DNA of 64,000 nt from NCBI GenBank assembly GCA_041615815.1, contig JBFJCP010000004.1:32001-96000 (forward strand). The letters run 5' to 3'. This DNA comes from Gemmatimonadales bacterium. GTDB taxonomy: Bacteria > Gemmatimonadota > Gemmatimonadetes > Gemmatimonadales > GWC2-71-9. Below are positions 47,304-57,425 of the stretch, one piece after another. The translations under genes and the position numbers were made by a program. The notes below the pieces were generated by a model, which saw only the letters and a list, made by a program, of their open reading frames with translations, had not been told where the DNA came from and did not search any database. Position 1 is the first letter of the stretch. The number at the start of each line of letters is the position of its first letter.

Positions 47304-47363
47304 GTCAGCACGCGGTTGGTTCAGTTGTTCCATGCTGGATCACATCATGTCAGGAGGCACGGT

Positions 47364-48014
47364 ATGAAGAGCTTGTGCAGTCGGTTGGTCTTGGCGGTGG
47401 GGCTGGTTCTCCTACCGGTGGCGTCGCTGCCCGCTCAAGGAGTGACTGCCGGTTTCAAAGGGGGATTGAACGGCGCTGACGTGAGTTTCGATCCCGAGGT
47501 GGATACAGGTCTCAGGGTGGGATTCATCGGTGGCGGAGCGCTGGCCTTCGGCCTCCATCCCTCGTTTGCCATTCAAGGCGAGGTGCTGTTCAGCCAAAAA
47601 GGCACCGAAGTGGACGACGAGGTCGAAGGTGTTTCGGCGACCTTGGGAGTGAACTACATCGAAATCCCGCTGCTGGCCAAGGTCATGATCCCCGCCGGCG
47701 TAGTCACGCCCATCTTCTATGCTGGTCCCGCGGTCGCCTTCGAGGCGTCCTGTTCGCTGAGCGGGGACATCGATGGGATCGAGGTGGACATCGATTGCGA
47801 CGATCCGCTTGCGGATGTCCAGCGCAAGAAGACCGACTTTGGCCTCGTGGGCGGCGCCGGTCTCGAGATTGGCACGGGACCCGTGGCGTTCACGGTCGAA
47901 GGTCGCTACAACCTGGGACTCGTGAACATCGACGACACTGGGGACCCGGGTTCGAGCGCGAAACTCCGCACGTTCTCTCTCCTGGTGGGTCTGCTGTTCA
48001 AGCTCCCCACCTGA
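47364..48014 (+). CDS. Outer membrane beta-barrel (porin family, PorT-like)
   Basis: Signal peptide, GFKGGLN, FSQKG, NYIEIPLL, DFGLVGGAG, RYNLGL; AGGAGG RBS. Confidence 0.88.
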   Translation: MKSLCSRLVLAVGLVLLPVASLPAQGVTAGFKGGLNGADVSFDPEVDTGLRVGFIGGGALAFGLHPSFAIQGEVLFSQKGTEVDDEVEGVSATLGVNYIEIPLLAKVMIPAGVVTPIFYAGPAVAFEASCSLSGDIDGIEVDIDCDDPLADVQRKKTDFGLVGGAGLEIGTGPVAFTVEGRYNLGLVNIDDTGDPGSSAKLRTFSLLVGLLFKLPT

Positions 48015-48039
48015 CGCGTCATCGGCTTGGCGCAGCCAG

Positions 48040-48077
48040 CGGGCCTCCGTCCCGACGCGGGACGGAGGCCCGTGTTT
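48040..48077 (+). terminator. Rho-independent terminator-like hairpin
   Basis: 15-bp perfect stem CGGGCCTCCGTCCCG-ACG-CGGGACGGAGGCCCG followed by TGTTT. Confidence 0.7.
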
Positions 48078-48123
48078 GTACGCGGCATGTTGCCCTCGTG
48101 CCTGCGGCCGTCCAAAATTCGGC

Positions 48124-50346
48124 ATGAAACGACGCGAAGGGCTCCGGAAGCTCATGGGTCAGGAGCGGTACATCGACGACCTGCTGGTCGAGGGCTGCCT
48201 CTGGGGTATGACGGTTCGGAGCCCTGCGCCGCGTGGCCGTATCCGCGCGGTGCGGTTTGGGAGGGACATCGATTGGTCGCAGATCGTCGTCGTGGATCAC
48301 ACCGATCTCCCTGGTCCCAATGAGACTCTCCTCATCGAGCCGGACCAACCGGTGCTGGCTGCGCACTATGTCCGTCACGTGCACGAGCCGGTGCTGGTGG
48401 TGGCCCATCCTTCGCGAGACATGGCACGGCGCGCGGCCCGCGCCATCGAGATCGATGTCGATCCGGACCCACCGGCCTTGGATTTTCGGGTCCCGCCCAG
48501 TCCCGACCAGATTCAATACGGCCGTGACAACGTCCTGAAACATCTGACGATCACCAAAGGGGACGTGGAGCGTGCCTTGGCCGCCGCGCCACACGTCATC
48601 GAAGGCACCTACGAAACCGGCGCTCAAGAGCACGTCTACCTCGAGAACCAGGGCATGATTGCCTACGTCGAGGACGGCGTGCTCGTCGTGCGGGGCTCCA
48701 TGCAGTGCCCATACTACGTGCTCAAGGCGTTGACCCACGCACTTGCGCGTGACGAGGCTCGGGTACGGATCGTTCAGGCGCCGACCGGTGGAGGGTTTGG
48801 TGGCAAAGAAGAGTACCCGTCCACGGTCGCGCTCCACGCGGCGTTGCTGACCCTCAAAGCCGAGCGGCCGGTCAAGCTCATCTACGATCGGGCCGAGGAC
48901 ATGGCTGCCACGACGAAGCGTCACCCGGCGTGGGTGCGCCATCGCACGGGTGTCGACGACGGTGGCCGACTACTCGCCCAGGACATCGAGGTCCGGATCA
49001 ACGGTGGGGCGTACGTGACCCTATCGCCGGTCGTGTTGAGCCGCGCAGTGATCCATGCGGCTGGCCCGTATGCGTGCGACCACGTGCGGATCGACGGGAA
49101 GGCGATCCTGACGAATGCGGTGCCCTTTGGCGCGTTTCGTGGATTCGGCGCCCCGCAGACCCAGTTTGCCAACGAGCGCCACATGGACGTCGTGGCCCGC
49201 GCCCTTGGTATCGATCCTGTCGAACTCCGACGAATCAACCTCATTCGTGATGGGCAGAGCACCTCGACGGGTCAGGTCATCCACGACGGGACGGACCGCG
49301 TGGCGGTGATGGAGCAGGCGCTGGACGCGGCTCGGTATCACGAAAAGCGCCGGGAACACATCGCGTTCAACGCCTCGCACCCGACACACCGTCGTGGCAT
49401 CGGGTTCGCGACCTTTTACCACGGGGCAGGCTTCACGGGGAGCGGCGAGGTGATGTTACGATCACGTCTCCATGTGGCGGGACGGGCCGATGGCACGATC
49501 GAGATCTTGAGCGCCAATATCGAAATGGGCCAGGGGACGATCACCGTGTTCACGCAGATCGCGGCGGATCGGTTAGGATACGCGCCCGCGGATATCGTCA
49601 TCGCCGAAGCGGATACGGCCCGCGTCCCCAACTCGGGGCCAACCGTCGCCTCTCGAACGTCGATGATCGTGGGCCGGTTACTGGAGCGCGCCTGCGATGA
49701 CTTGCGAGCCCAACTGGGGCTGCCCAACGCGAGCCGAGGGGCGGCCGTCAAGGACGCTATCCTGAGGTGGCATCGTGCCAACCCCGGGGAGGCGCTCGTG
49801 GGTCGCGCGACGTATGAGAAGCCCCGTGACGTCCAGTGGGACGACGCGACGTATCGCGGTGATGCCTATGGGACCTTTGCGTGGGCGACGTACGTGGCGG
49901 AGGTGGAGGTCGATCTCCGAACCTATGTGGTGCGCGTCATCGACTTTGTGGCGGTACAAGAGATTGGAAGGGTGATCAACGAGACGCTTGCTCGGGGGCA
50001 GGTGCAGGGTGGGGTGGTGCAGGGCATCGGTTGGGCATTGATGGAAGAATGCCAGTGGCAGGACGGCGCCATGGCCAACAATCAACTCACGAATTACATC
50101 ATTCCCACGAGCGATGATGTTCCCGCCATCCAGGTCGAGTTTCTCGAGACCCCATATCCTTACGGAGCCAAGGGGGCCAAAGGGCTGGGTGAGCTACCCA
50201 TCGATGGGCCGGCTCCCGCCGTGGTGAACGCCATCGAGGCCGCCACCGGTGCGGACGCTCGCGTGATTCCGGTAACCCCGGAGCGTCTCATGCTGCTGAT
50301 GGAGCGGTCGCTGGCCGGCGGACCCCGGGGCGCTGGGAGGACGTGA
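48124..50346 (+). CDS. Xanthine dehydrogenase molybdopterin-binding subunit
   Basis: [36 protein letters not shown]; purine cluster context; start uncertain. Confidence 0.88.
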   Translation: MKRREGLRKLMGQERYIDDLLVEGCLWGMTVRSPAPRGRIRAVRFGRDIDWSQIVVVDHTDLPGPNETLLIEPDQPVLAAHYVRHVHEPVLVVAHPSRDMARRAARAIEIDVDPDPPALDFRVPPSPDQIQYGRDNVLKHLTITKGDVERALAAAPHVIEGTYETGAQEHVYLENQGMIAYVEDGVLVVRGSMQCPYYVLKALTHALARDEARVRIVQAPTGGGFGGKEEYPSTVALHAALLTLKAERPVKLIYDRAEDMAATTKRHPAWVRHRTGVDDGGRLLAQDIEVRINGGAYVTLSPVVLSRAVIHAAGPYACDHVRIDGKAILTNAVPFGAFRGFGAPQTQFANERHMDVVARALGIDPVELRRINLIRDGQSTSTGQVIHDGTDRVAVMEQALDAARYHEKRREHIAFNASHPTHRRGIGFATFYHGAGFTGSGEVMLRSRLHVAGRADGTIEILSANIEMGQGTITVFTQIAADRLGYAPADIVIAEADTARVPNSGPTVASRTSMIVGRLLERACDDLRAQLGLPNASRGAAVKDAILRWHRANPGEALVGRATYEKPRDVQWDDATYRGDAYGTFAWATYVAEVEVDLRTYVVRVIDFVAVQEIGRVINETLARGQVQGGVVQGIGWALMEECQWQDGAMANNQLTNYIIPTSDDVPAIQVEFLETPYPYGAKGAKGLGELPIDGPAPAVVNAIEAATGADARVIPVTPERLMLLMERSLAGGPRGAGRT

Positions 50347-50816
50347 ACGTGTCGGAGACCATCAACATCACCTTCACCCTGAACGGTGCCAACCTGGCGC
50401 TGGACGTGAGCCCGGCGGAACGGCTCTTGGACGTGCTCCGTTATCGGCTCGATCTGACGGGTACCAAGGAGGGGTGCGCGGAAGGTGAGTGCGGCGCGTG
50501 CACGGTGTACCTGGACGGGGTCCCCGTGAACGCCTGTTTGGTTCCTGCGTATCAAGTACGGGGAAGTCGGGTGGAGACCATCGAGTCGTTGGACGGTGCA
50601 GCTCTCGACCCCCTGCTCGAGAGCGGCGCCACGCAATGCGGCGCTTGCACCCCCGGAGTCGTGATGACCGCGTGGTGGATACGTCAGAACACGGATCTGT
50701 TGGAGACCCATAGCATCCGCGAGCTGATGGCCGGCAATCTCTGCCGGTGCACCGGCTACGACGGGATCGTCGATGGGATCGAGGCGATGATCCGAAGAGC
50801 TCGGAGCGAGCGGTGA
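50343..50816 (+). CDS. Xanthine dehydrogenase 2Fe-2S subunit
   Basis: [32 protein letters not shown]. Confidence 0.92.
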   Translation: MNVSETINITFTLNGANLALDVSPAERLLDVLRYRLDLTGTKEGCAEGECGACTVYLDGVPVNACLVPAYQVRGSRVETIESLDGAALDPLLESGATQCGACTPGVVMTAWWIRQNTDLLETHSIRELMAGNLCRCTGYDGIVDGIEAMIRRARSER

Positions 50817-51643
50817 GCGTTCGCCTTCCGCGCACGCTGGACGAGGGTCTCGCGATGCTGGCGGATACGCCAGGCGCTGTCCCGATGGCGGGAGGCACCG
50901 ATCTGCTGGTTCACTGGCCCCAGCGTCTCGACCACCACGGCGTGACCTACGTCGACCTGTGGAAGGTGGATGAGCTCCGGCCGCTCCGGTGGACCGACGA
51001 CGCACTGATGCTCGGCGCGCTGACCACCTACTGGGACGTGATGCGCGATGCCCGCGCCCGGGAGCTGTTCCCGCTCTTGATGCATGCGGCGAGGCAAGTC
51101 GGTGCCGTCCAGATCCAGGCGCGGGGCACGTGGGCTGGCAACATCGTGAACGCCTCCCCTGCCGCGGACGGCGTGCCCGTCCTCATGGCGTACGATGCCG
51201 TCGTTGTCCTGCGCTCTCTCGATGGCGAAGTTGAGGTGCCACTCGCCGACTTCTATCTCGGCTACAAGAAGATGCGACGTCGTCCAGACCAGCTGGTCAC
51301 CGCGATCCGCATTCCCCGACGCCGATACGAGTACGAGATGTTCGAGAAGGTGGGCTCGCGGCGTGCCCAAGCCATCACCAAGATCGGTGTTGCTGTGACG
51401 AGGGCCGACGGTGCATGGCGAGTCGTCGCGAACAGTATGGCGCCCACGGTCCGGCGATGTTTGGCTCTCGAGGATCTGCTCTCGCGCCGGGTCCCCATTG
51501 CGTCGCCGTCCGATCTCGTGCCGGCGATCCGCGCGGACGTGTCTCCCATCGACGACATTCGGTCCACGGCCGCGTATCGGGAGCGGGTCATGGCGCGGGT
51601 ACTGTATTATGAGCTCGCCGCGATCTGTGACTGGTGGCGATAA
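50813..51643 (+). CDS. Xanthine dehydrogenase FAD-binding subunit
   Basis: [37 protein letters not shown] overlap. Confidence 0.9.
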   Translation: MSVRLPRTLDEGLAMLADTPGAVPMAGGTDLLVHWPQRLDHHGVTYVDLWKVDELRPLRWTDDALMLGALTTYWDVMRDARARELFPLLMHAARQVGAVQIQARGTWAGNIVNASPAADGVPVLMAYDAVVVLRSLDGEVEVPLADFYLGYKKMRRRPDQLVTAIRIPRRRYEYEMFEKVGSRRAQAITKIGVAVTRADGAWRVVANSMAPTVRRCLALEDLLSRRVPIASPSDLVPAIRADVSPIDDIRSTAAYRERVMARVLYYELAAICDWWR

Positions 51644-51661
51644 CGGGCCTGATGGGAACCT

Positions 51662-53098
51662 ATGACGATTACGACACTCGATAGTCGATCGCTCGAGCCG
51701 GTGCTCGAGACCCTGCGGGCCGTCCACGAACGGTTTGCCGAACAGTATCCCGGCGAGCGGGATGCCCGTCAGGCCGTGCACACGGTCTACGGCGGAGCAC
51801 ACCTCTTCACCGCGGACGCGGCTCGCAAGCTAGGCGATGTGGCCGAACGGTTCCTGGACGAGTACGCAGGGAATTTCGCGCTCTTTGCCCGGGCCTTGCA
51901 TCTCAAGGGCTACGAATCGCTGCCGGCGGTCCCGACAGCGCTCGAGGGGGCATATCACGCCGATGCGGCGAGCCTCCGGCGTTCGAATCCGCAGGCTTGG
52001 TTCCTGTGCGCCGTGTACGAACGGGTACGGGAAAAGCTCCATCGGGAACCGGTGGAGGATTATCGCCTCGATTTCGAGGACGGGTACGGCAGTCGACCGG
52101 ACGACGAGGAGGACCGCTGCGCGGTGACGGCCGCGGCGCAAGTGGCGAAAGGCATGGACGCCGGGACCCTCCCGCCGTTCATCGGTATTCGCATCAAGCC
52201 ACTGAACCGTGATTTTGGGGGACGGGGAGTGCGCACTCTCGATCTCTTTCTGACGGCGCTCACCCGACACACCGGCGGCGCCCTCCCGCCCAATTTCGTC
52301 ATCACACTTCCCAAGGTCGTGCTCCCGGAGCAGGTGGCGGCGCTGGCAAACCTCTGCGACATCCTGGAGCCCAAGGTGGGATGCTCGGCCGGCGCGCTCC
52401 ATCTCGAGATCATGGTCGAAACACCGCAGGCCATTGTCGGGCCCGACGGATGGTCCCCACTTCCGGCGATGATCGCGGCCGCGCGCGGGCGATGCGTGGC
52501 CGCCCATTTCGGCGTCTACGATTACACCGCGAGCCTCTCGGTCACCGCGGCGCATCAGACCATGCAACACGCCCTCTGCGATCATGCGCGCCGCGCGATG
52601 CAGGTATCGCTCGCCGGGACGGGCGTTTGGCTGTCGGACGGGGCCACCAACGTGCTGCCGGTCCCGGTCCACCGCGCGGCGCAAGACGAAACCCTCACGC
52701 CGGACCAATTGGAGGCGAACCGCCAATCCGTCCATGCCGCGTGGCGGCGCCATTTCGCCGATGTGCGCCACTCGTTGATCAACGCCTATTATCAGGGGTG
52801 GGATCTGCATCCCGCGCAACTCCCCACTCGGTACGCTGCGCTTTACTCCTTTTTTCTCGAAAGTGTGGACACGGCCGCCGAACGGCTAAGGGGCTTCGTG
52901 GCCAAGGCGGGGCAAGCCACACTCGTGGGTGACGTGTTCGACGACGCGGCCACGGGGCAGGGTCTGCTCAACTTTTTCTTGCGGGGTCTCAATTGCGGCG
53001 CCATCACCGACGACGAGGCCCTGACCACGGGACTGACCTTGGATGAGCTTCGGAGCCGATCGTTCCTCAAAATCATAGAGGGGAGAAGGCGTGCATAA
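51662..53098 (+). CDS. DUF6986-type HpcH/HpaI aldolase / citrate lyase-like protein
   Basis: RQAVHTVYGGAHLF, EPVEDYRLDFEDGYG, EIMVETP, HFGVYDY, QGWDLHPAQL. Confidence 0.8.
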   Translation: MTITTLDSRSLEPVLETLRAVHERFAEQYPGERDARQAVHTVYGGAHLFTADAARKLGDVAERFLDEYAGNFALFARALHLKGYESLPAVPTALEGAYHADAASLRRSNPQAWFLCAVYERVREKLHREPVEDYRLDFEDGYGSRPDDEEDRCAVTAAAQVAKGMDAGTLPPFIGIRIKPLNRDFGGRGVRTLDLFLTALTRHTGGALPPNFVITLPKVVLPEQVAALANLCDILEPKVGCSAGALHLEIMVETPQAIVGPDGWSPLPAMIAAARGRCVAAHFGVYDYTASLSVTAAHQTMQHALCDHARRAMQVSLAGTGVWLSDGATNVLPVPVHRAAQDETLTPDQLEANRQSVHAAWRRHFADVRHSLINAYYQGWDLHPAQLPTRYAALYSFFLESVDTAAERLRGFVAKAGQATLVGDVFDDAATGQGLLNFFLRGLNCGAITDDEALTTGLTLDELRSRSFLKIIEGRRRA

Positions 53099-54365
53099 AG
53101 ACACGCGTCGCCTTGCTGCGTGGTGCGTGTACGATTGGGCGAACTCACCGTTTACCACCCTCGTCGTCACGTTCATCTACGGCACCTATTTCACGCAGGC
53201 CATTGCTCCCGACGAAATCGAGGGGACCGCGCTGTGGTCGCGCGCCATTACGGTCACGGCGCTCGTCGTGGCGCTACTGTCGCCGCTGTTGGGCGCCGCG
53301 GCGGATCGCGGGGGGTTGCGGGTGCGCTTCCTCTTGTGGTCGACGCTCATCTGTGTTGCCGCGACGGCGGCCCTGACGTATGTGGCTCCCGATGGGGCCA
53401 CGGCGGTGTACTTGGCGCTCACGCTCTTCGTCCTCGCCAACATCGCGTTCGAGATGGGGATGGTGTTCTATAACTCGTTGCTCCCGGTGGTGGCGCCCGC
53501 TGAACAGATCGGGAGAGTATCCGGCTATGGGTGGGGACTGGGCTATGTGGGGGGGCTCGCCGCGCTGGTGGTGGCACTGGTCGCGTTCATTCAGCCTGAG
53601 GTTCCCTGGTTCGGTATCACGAAGGAGGCGGGATTCCATATCCGTGCCACCAATCTCCTCGTGGCGGTCTGGTTTCTCGTCTTCAGCATTCCCTTCTTCT
53701 GGTTCGTTCGAGAGGAGCGCCGACCGAAGGTCCAGGGGGCCGCCCCCGGCGCCTTTCAGGAACTCGCGCGGACCTTTCGGGAGCTGCGGCGGTTTCGCGA
53801 AGCCGCCAAGTTTCTGCTGGCGCGGCTCATCTACAACGATGGGCTCGTGACGATCTTTGCCTTCGGTGGGATCTACGCCGCTGGGACCTTCGGGTTCAGT
53901 TTCACCGAGATTCTCATTTTCGGTATCGCCATCAACGTCGCCGCCGGAATTGGTGCCCTGCTGTTCGGATTCATTGACGACTGGATTGGTGGAAAGAAGA
54001 CCGTCTTGGTGAGTGTCGTGGCACTCGCGGTGGCGACCGCGATCGCGGCGTGGTCACCCGATCGAGCATGGTTCTGGGTGGCGGGAATGTTGATCGGGAT
54101 CTTTGCCGGTCCCAATCAGTCTGCCAGCCGATCGCTGATGGGTCGGTTCGTTCCTCGGGGGCGGCAGGCGGAGTTCTTCGGGTTCTATGCCTTTTCTGGG
54201 AAGTTCACCGCGTTTCTGGGCCCCTTGTTGCTTGGCGTTTTCACGCAGCTCACGGGCACGCAGCGGGGCGGTGTTGCCGTCGTCTTGGTGTTCTTTGTGA
54301 TCGGGGGACTTCTCATGTTTGCGGTGGACGAGCGGGCCGGGATCGCCGCCGCCTCCGAGGACTAG
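53091..54365 (+). CDS. MFS transporter (UMF1/Atg22-like)
   Basis: WCVYDWANS, GWGLGYVGG, IYNDG, SASRSLM, EFFGFY. Confidence 0.9.
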   Translation: MHKDTRRLAAWCVYDWANSPFTTLVVTFIYGTYFTQAIAPDEIEGTALWSRAITVTALVVALLSPLLGAAADRGGLRVRFLLWSTLICVAATAALTYVAPDGATAVYLALTLFVLANIAFEMGMVFYNSLLPVVAPAEQIGRVSGYGWGLGYVGGLAALVVALVAFIQPEVPWFGITKEAGFHIRATNLLVAVWFLVFSIPFFWFVREERRPKVQGAAPGAFQELARTFRELRRFREAAKFLLARLIYNDGLVTIFAFGGIYAAGTFGFSFTEILIFGIAINVAAGIGALLFGFIDDWIGGKKTVLVSVVALAVATAIAAWSPDRAWFWVAGMLIGIFAGPNQSASRSLMGRFVPRGRQAEFFGFYAFSGKFTAFLGPLLLGVFTQLTGTQRGGVAVVLVFFVIGGLLMFAVDERAGIAAASED

Positions 54366-54372
54366 TCGCGCC

Positions 54373-55176
54373 TCAAGGAATGACCACGCCAGCGTAGGCG
54401 ACGACATTGCGATCGTCGCCGGTCACGGCTCCGCTATGCCGATAATCCACCACGGTCCCCTCGCGTGCCCCGAGCAGGCGCGCGGCCACGGTCGTCACCG
54501 CGACGGCCGCGCGGCCGCACATGCTGACCCGCTTGCGCCGACACACCCGGAGGAGCTCCTGACCATCCAGCTGCCGCACCGCGCGTAAGGCCGCGCGGTC
54601 CTTGCGTGCAGCGCGTTTGGCGGGCTCGTAGTGCGTCATGTCCGACGACGCCAGCAGCAGGACGGTGTCCGGCCATTGCCGCACGAGGTGGGCGAGTGCC
54701 CGTCCCAACCGCTCACATTCGGCCCAGTCGTCGAAGGCCAGGAGCAGCGGCACAATGGAGACATCGGGGGCGAGTGCGGCGAGGAATGGGAGGATGACTT
54801 CGATGGCATGCTCTCGCTGATGCGCGTGAGGGTCGTGTGCGGTCAATAGACAAGATTGTTCGAGGGCTTCGGCAAACTCTTGGGCGATCTTGACGGGGCC
54901 CATGGGTGTCTCGAAGGCACCTCGCGCCCACAGGCTCGCCCGAGACGATGTTCCGAGGGTCCCGGAGTGGTTGGGTCCGAGAATGACCACGACACGGGGA
55001 ATTTCGATGCGGGCGAACACCGACGCCGCGCAGCGGCCGGAGTAGACCAGGCCCGCGTGTGGGACGACGGCCGCCCGAACGGACCGGGTAGGCGCCCGGT
55101 ACTCGCGCAGGTATTGGTCCACCTGCTCGCGGAGTTCCGCCGGATTGCCGGTGTAGAATCGGTCGGCCACGGCCAT
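54373..55176 (-). CDS. amrB: AmmeMemoRadiSam system protein B (MEMO1 family)
   Basis: AVADRFY, PHAGLVYSG, GPNH, EHAIEV, ASSDMTHY, SMCG; start uncertain. Confidence 0.9.
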   Translation of the reverse strand: MAVADRFYTGNPAELREQVDQYLREYRAPTRSVRAAVVPHAGLVYSGRCAASVFARIEIPRVVVILGPNHSGTLGTSSRASLWARGAFETPMGPVKIAQEFAEALEQSCLLTAHDPHAHQREHAIEVILPFLAALAPDVSIVPLLLAFDDWAECERLGRALAHLVRQWPDTVLLLASSDMTHYEPAKRAARKDRAALRAVRQLDGQELLRVCRRKRVSMCGRAAVAVTTVAARLLGAREGTVVDYRHSGAVTGDDRNVVAYAGVVIP

Positions 55177-55214
55177 CGGCCGAATGTCGGGACGACCATC
55201 GGGGGAAACCAGGA

Positions 55215-56303
55215 TCAGTCCTGCACCCGGACGGGACGCCGTTGCCGTCCCCAGGAGCCCGGGCGGCCGCCGAACACCCCCGCACACGGCGTCCCGCAAC
55301 GCTTGCAGTGCCCGGCGTTGGTGAGTTGCCACGCGTCGAGCGAATACCAGTCGCGTCCGATGAGCAGGGCCGAACAGGTGTGGCAATACGTGCTATCCCG
55401 CGTCGGATCGTGGACATTGCCGGTGTAGACGTAGCGCAGCCCATGCCGGAGGGCGATGTCGCGAGCGCGGATGAGGGCCTCGCGAGGCGTTGACGGCGTG
55501 TCCAGCATCTTCCAATCCGGATGAAACGCCGTGAAGTGGAGGGGAACGTCTGGTCCCAGGTGCTGGACGATCCACTGCGCCTGCGCCTCGAGCTCGGGAA
55601 CCGCGTCGTTCTCCCCCGGGATCACGAGGGTGGTGATCTCGAGCCAGGTCTCGGTTTCGTGCCGTACGTATTCGAGCGTCTCGAGCACCGGCGCGAGATG
55701 GCCGGCGCAGATCTTATGATAGAAGGTGTCGCTGAAAGCCTTGAGATCGATGTTGGCCGCATCCATATGGCGGTAGAACTCTGCACGCGGCTCGGGGCAC
55801 TGGTAGCCGGCCGTCACGGCCACGGTTTTGACGCCGCGGGCCCGGCAGGCTTTCGCGACGTCGATCGCATACTCGTGGAAGACCACGGGGTCGTTGTACG
55901 TGAACGCGACGCTGGAACAGCGCCAGCGGACCGCGGTGTCGGCGACCGCGGCCGGTGAGGCGACATCGGCGAGCGTATCGATCTCACGGGACTTACTAAT
56001 ATCCCAGTTCTGACAGAACTTACAGGCGAGATTACAGCCGGCGGTTCCGAAGGAGAGAACAGGCGTGCCGGGCAGAAAATGGTAGAGCGGTTTCTTCTCG
56101 ATGGGGTCGATGCAAAAGCCGCTGGAGCGGCCGTAGGTGGTGAGCACCACCTGGGCATCGAGGGAGCGACGCACAAAACACAGGCCGCGTTGGCCCTCGC
56201 GGAGACGACAGGCGCGGGGACAGATGTCGCACTGCACCCGACCATCGTCGAGGCGGTGCCAGTACTGCGTGGGGTGGACAGATTCGGCCACAGCCGTCAT
56301 CAT
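55215..56303 (-). CDS. amrS: AmmeMemoRadiSam system radical SAM enzyme
   Basis: CDICPRAC, DPIEKKPLYHF, GCNLACKFCQNWDIS, YVYTGNV. Confidence 0.93.
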   Translation of the reverse strand: MMTAVAESVHPTQYWHRLDDGRVQCDICPRACRLREGQRGLCFVRRSLDAQVVLTTYGRSSGFCIDPIEKKPLYHFLPGTPVLSFGTAGCNLACKFCQNWDISKSREIDTLADVASPAAVADTAVRWRCSSVAFTYNDPVVFHEYAIDVAKACRARGVKTVAVTAGYQCPEPRAEFYRHMDAANIDLKAFSDTFYHKICAGHLAPVLETLEYVRHETETWLEITTLVIPGENDAVPELEAQAQWIVQHLGPDVPLHFTAFHPDWKMLDTPSTPREALIRARDIALRHGLRYVYTGNVHDPTRDSTYCHTCSALLIGRDWYSLDAWQLTNAGHCKRCGTPCAGVFGGRPGSWGRQRRPVRVQD

Positions 56304-56335
56304 GCGATCCCTCGTCACACTATAGAATGATAACC

Positions 56336-56809
56336 ATGAAGATCGCGCTCGTTGTGGCCGGCGTTCTCGCGGGGCTCGTTGTCGTCGGGGTGACTGGGCT
56401 GTGGGTGGCCGCCCGGATCGTGCCGCGGCCGTCTGAGGTTGGCAAGCCTACCGATCGGTTGTCGCCGTGTCCGGCCTCCCCCAATTGTGTGTCGTCGCAG
56501 GGCGCCGGCGCCCGGCATGCTGCGGCGCCCCTGCCGTACACGGGGTCGCTGGACGAGGCGCTGGCGCGGCTGGTGCGGGTGTTGGAGGATCAGAAGCGCA
56601 CGGTCATTGTGACCCGGACCGACACGTATGTGCATGCCGAGGCGCGGTCCGCGCTCTTCAGGTTCGTCGATGATGTTGAGTTCGTGTTGGACGATCGTGA
56701 GAAGGTGGTGCACTTCCGGTCGGCATCGCGGGTCGGCAGGTCGGACTACGGTGTCAATCGCGCACGCATGGAGCGGATCCGCGCAGCGTTCACGGCCAGC
56801 GTGGACTAG
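56336..56809 (+). CDS. DUF1499 family protein
   Basis: CPASPNCVSSQ, FRFVDDVEF, RSASRVGRSDYGVNRAR. Confidence 0.9.
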   Translation: MKIALVVAGVLAGLVVVGVTGLWVAARIVPRPSEVGKPTDRLSPCPASPNCVSSQGAGARHAAAPLPYTGSLDEALARLVRVLEDQKRTVIVTRTDTYVHAEARSALFRFVDDVEFVLDDREKVVHFRSASRVGRSDYGVNRARMERIRAAFTASVD

Positions 56810-56900
56810 TGATTACGCATTCAGCGCGGAGCACGCCGAGACCCCAGGTGAAATACGGATCCGGCTTGTAAGAGGTGGGCACTAGCGCGTGCCTACGTCA

Positions 56901-57425
56901 TTACTGCACGACGAGCCGGGCACGGAATCGGCTGGCGAGGCTCACCCGTCGCATCTCGTCGTCCGTCATCGATATCCATACGAGGTCGGCTCCGTTCACC
57001 GTGCCCTCCACCATTCTGCGGTCCACGCGCGTCACCACGAACGACAGGGTGGATTCAGCGTCATGATGCACGCCGATGTCGTTCGGTAGGCTGAGTTGCA
57101 TCACGGCACCCAATTGTTGGTCATCAACGTTGCTCAGATCCACAGGCCGGCCCACGAGATCGTCCACGCCCTGCGCGGCGGATCGCCACTGCACACTCCC
57201 GCTCGGCACGGCGGTCACGATGTTGACTGCCGCGGGATCCTGCCCGAGTGCAAAGAACACCCGTCCGTCTGGCAACGCCATCGAGACCAGATCGATCTGA
57301 CCAAATCGAAACTCTTCACCATTCACGGTTCCCCGCCAATAGGTATCGTTCCCACGACCACAGCCGATGGCCAAGACCGCGAGGACACCGGCGGCGATCG
57401 CCGCACGGGACGCTGGGTCAGTCAA
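56901..57425 (-). CDS. Hypothetical lipoprotein
   Basis: LAIGC lipobox; overlaps puuD stop. Confidence 0.6.
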   Translation of the reverse strand: MTDPASRAAIAAGVLAVLAIGCGRGNDTYWRGTVNGEEFRFGQIDLVSMALPDGRVFFALGQDPAAVNIVTAVPSGSVQWRSAAQGVDDLVGRPVDLSNVDDQQLGAVMQLSLPNDIGVHHDAESTLSFVVTRVDRRMVEGTVNGADLVWISMTDDEMRRVSLASRFRARLVVQ

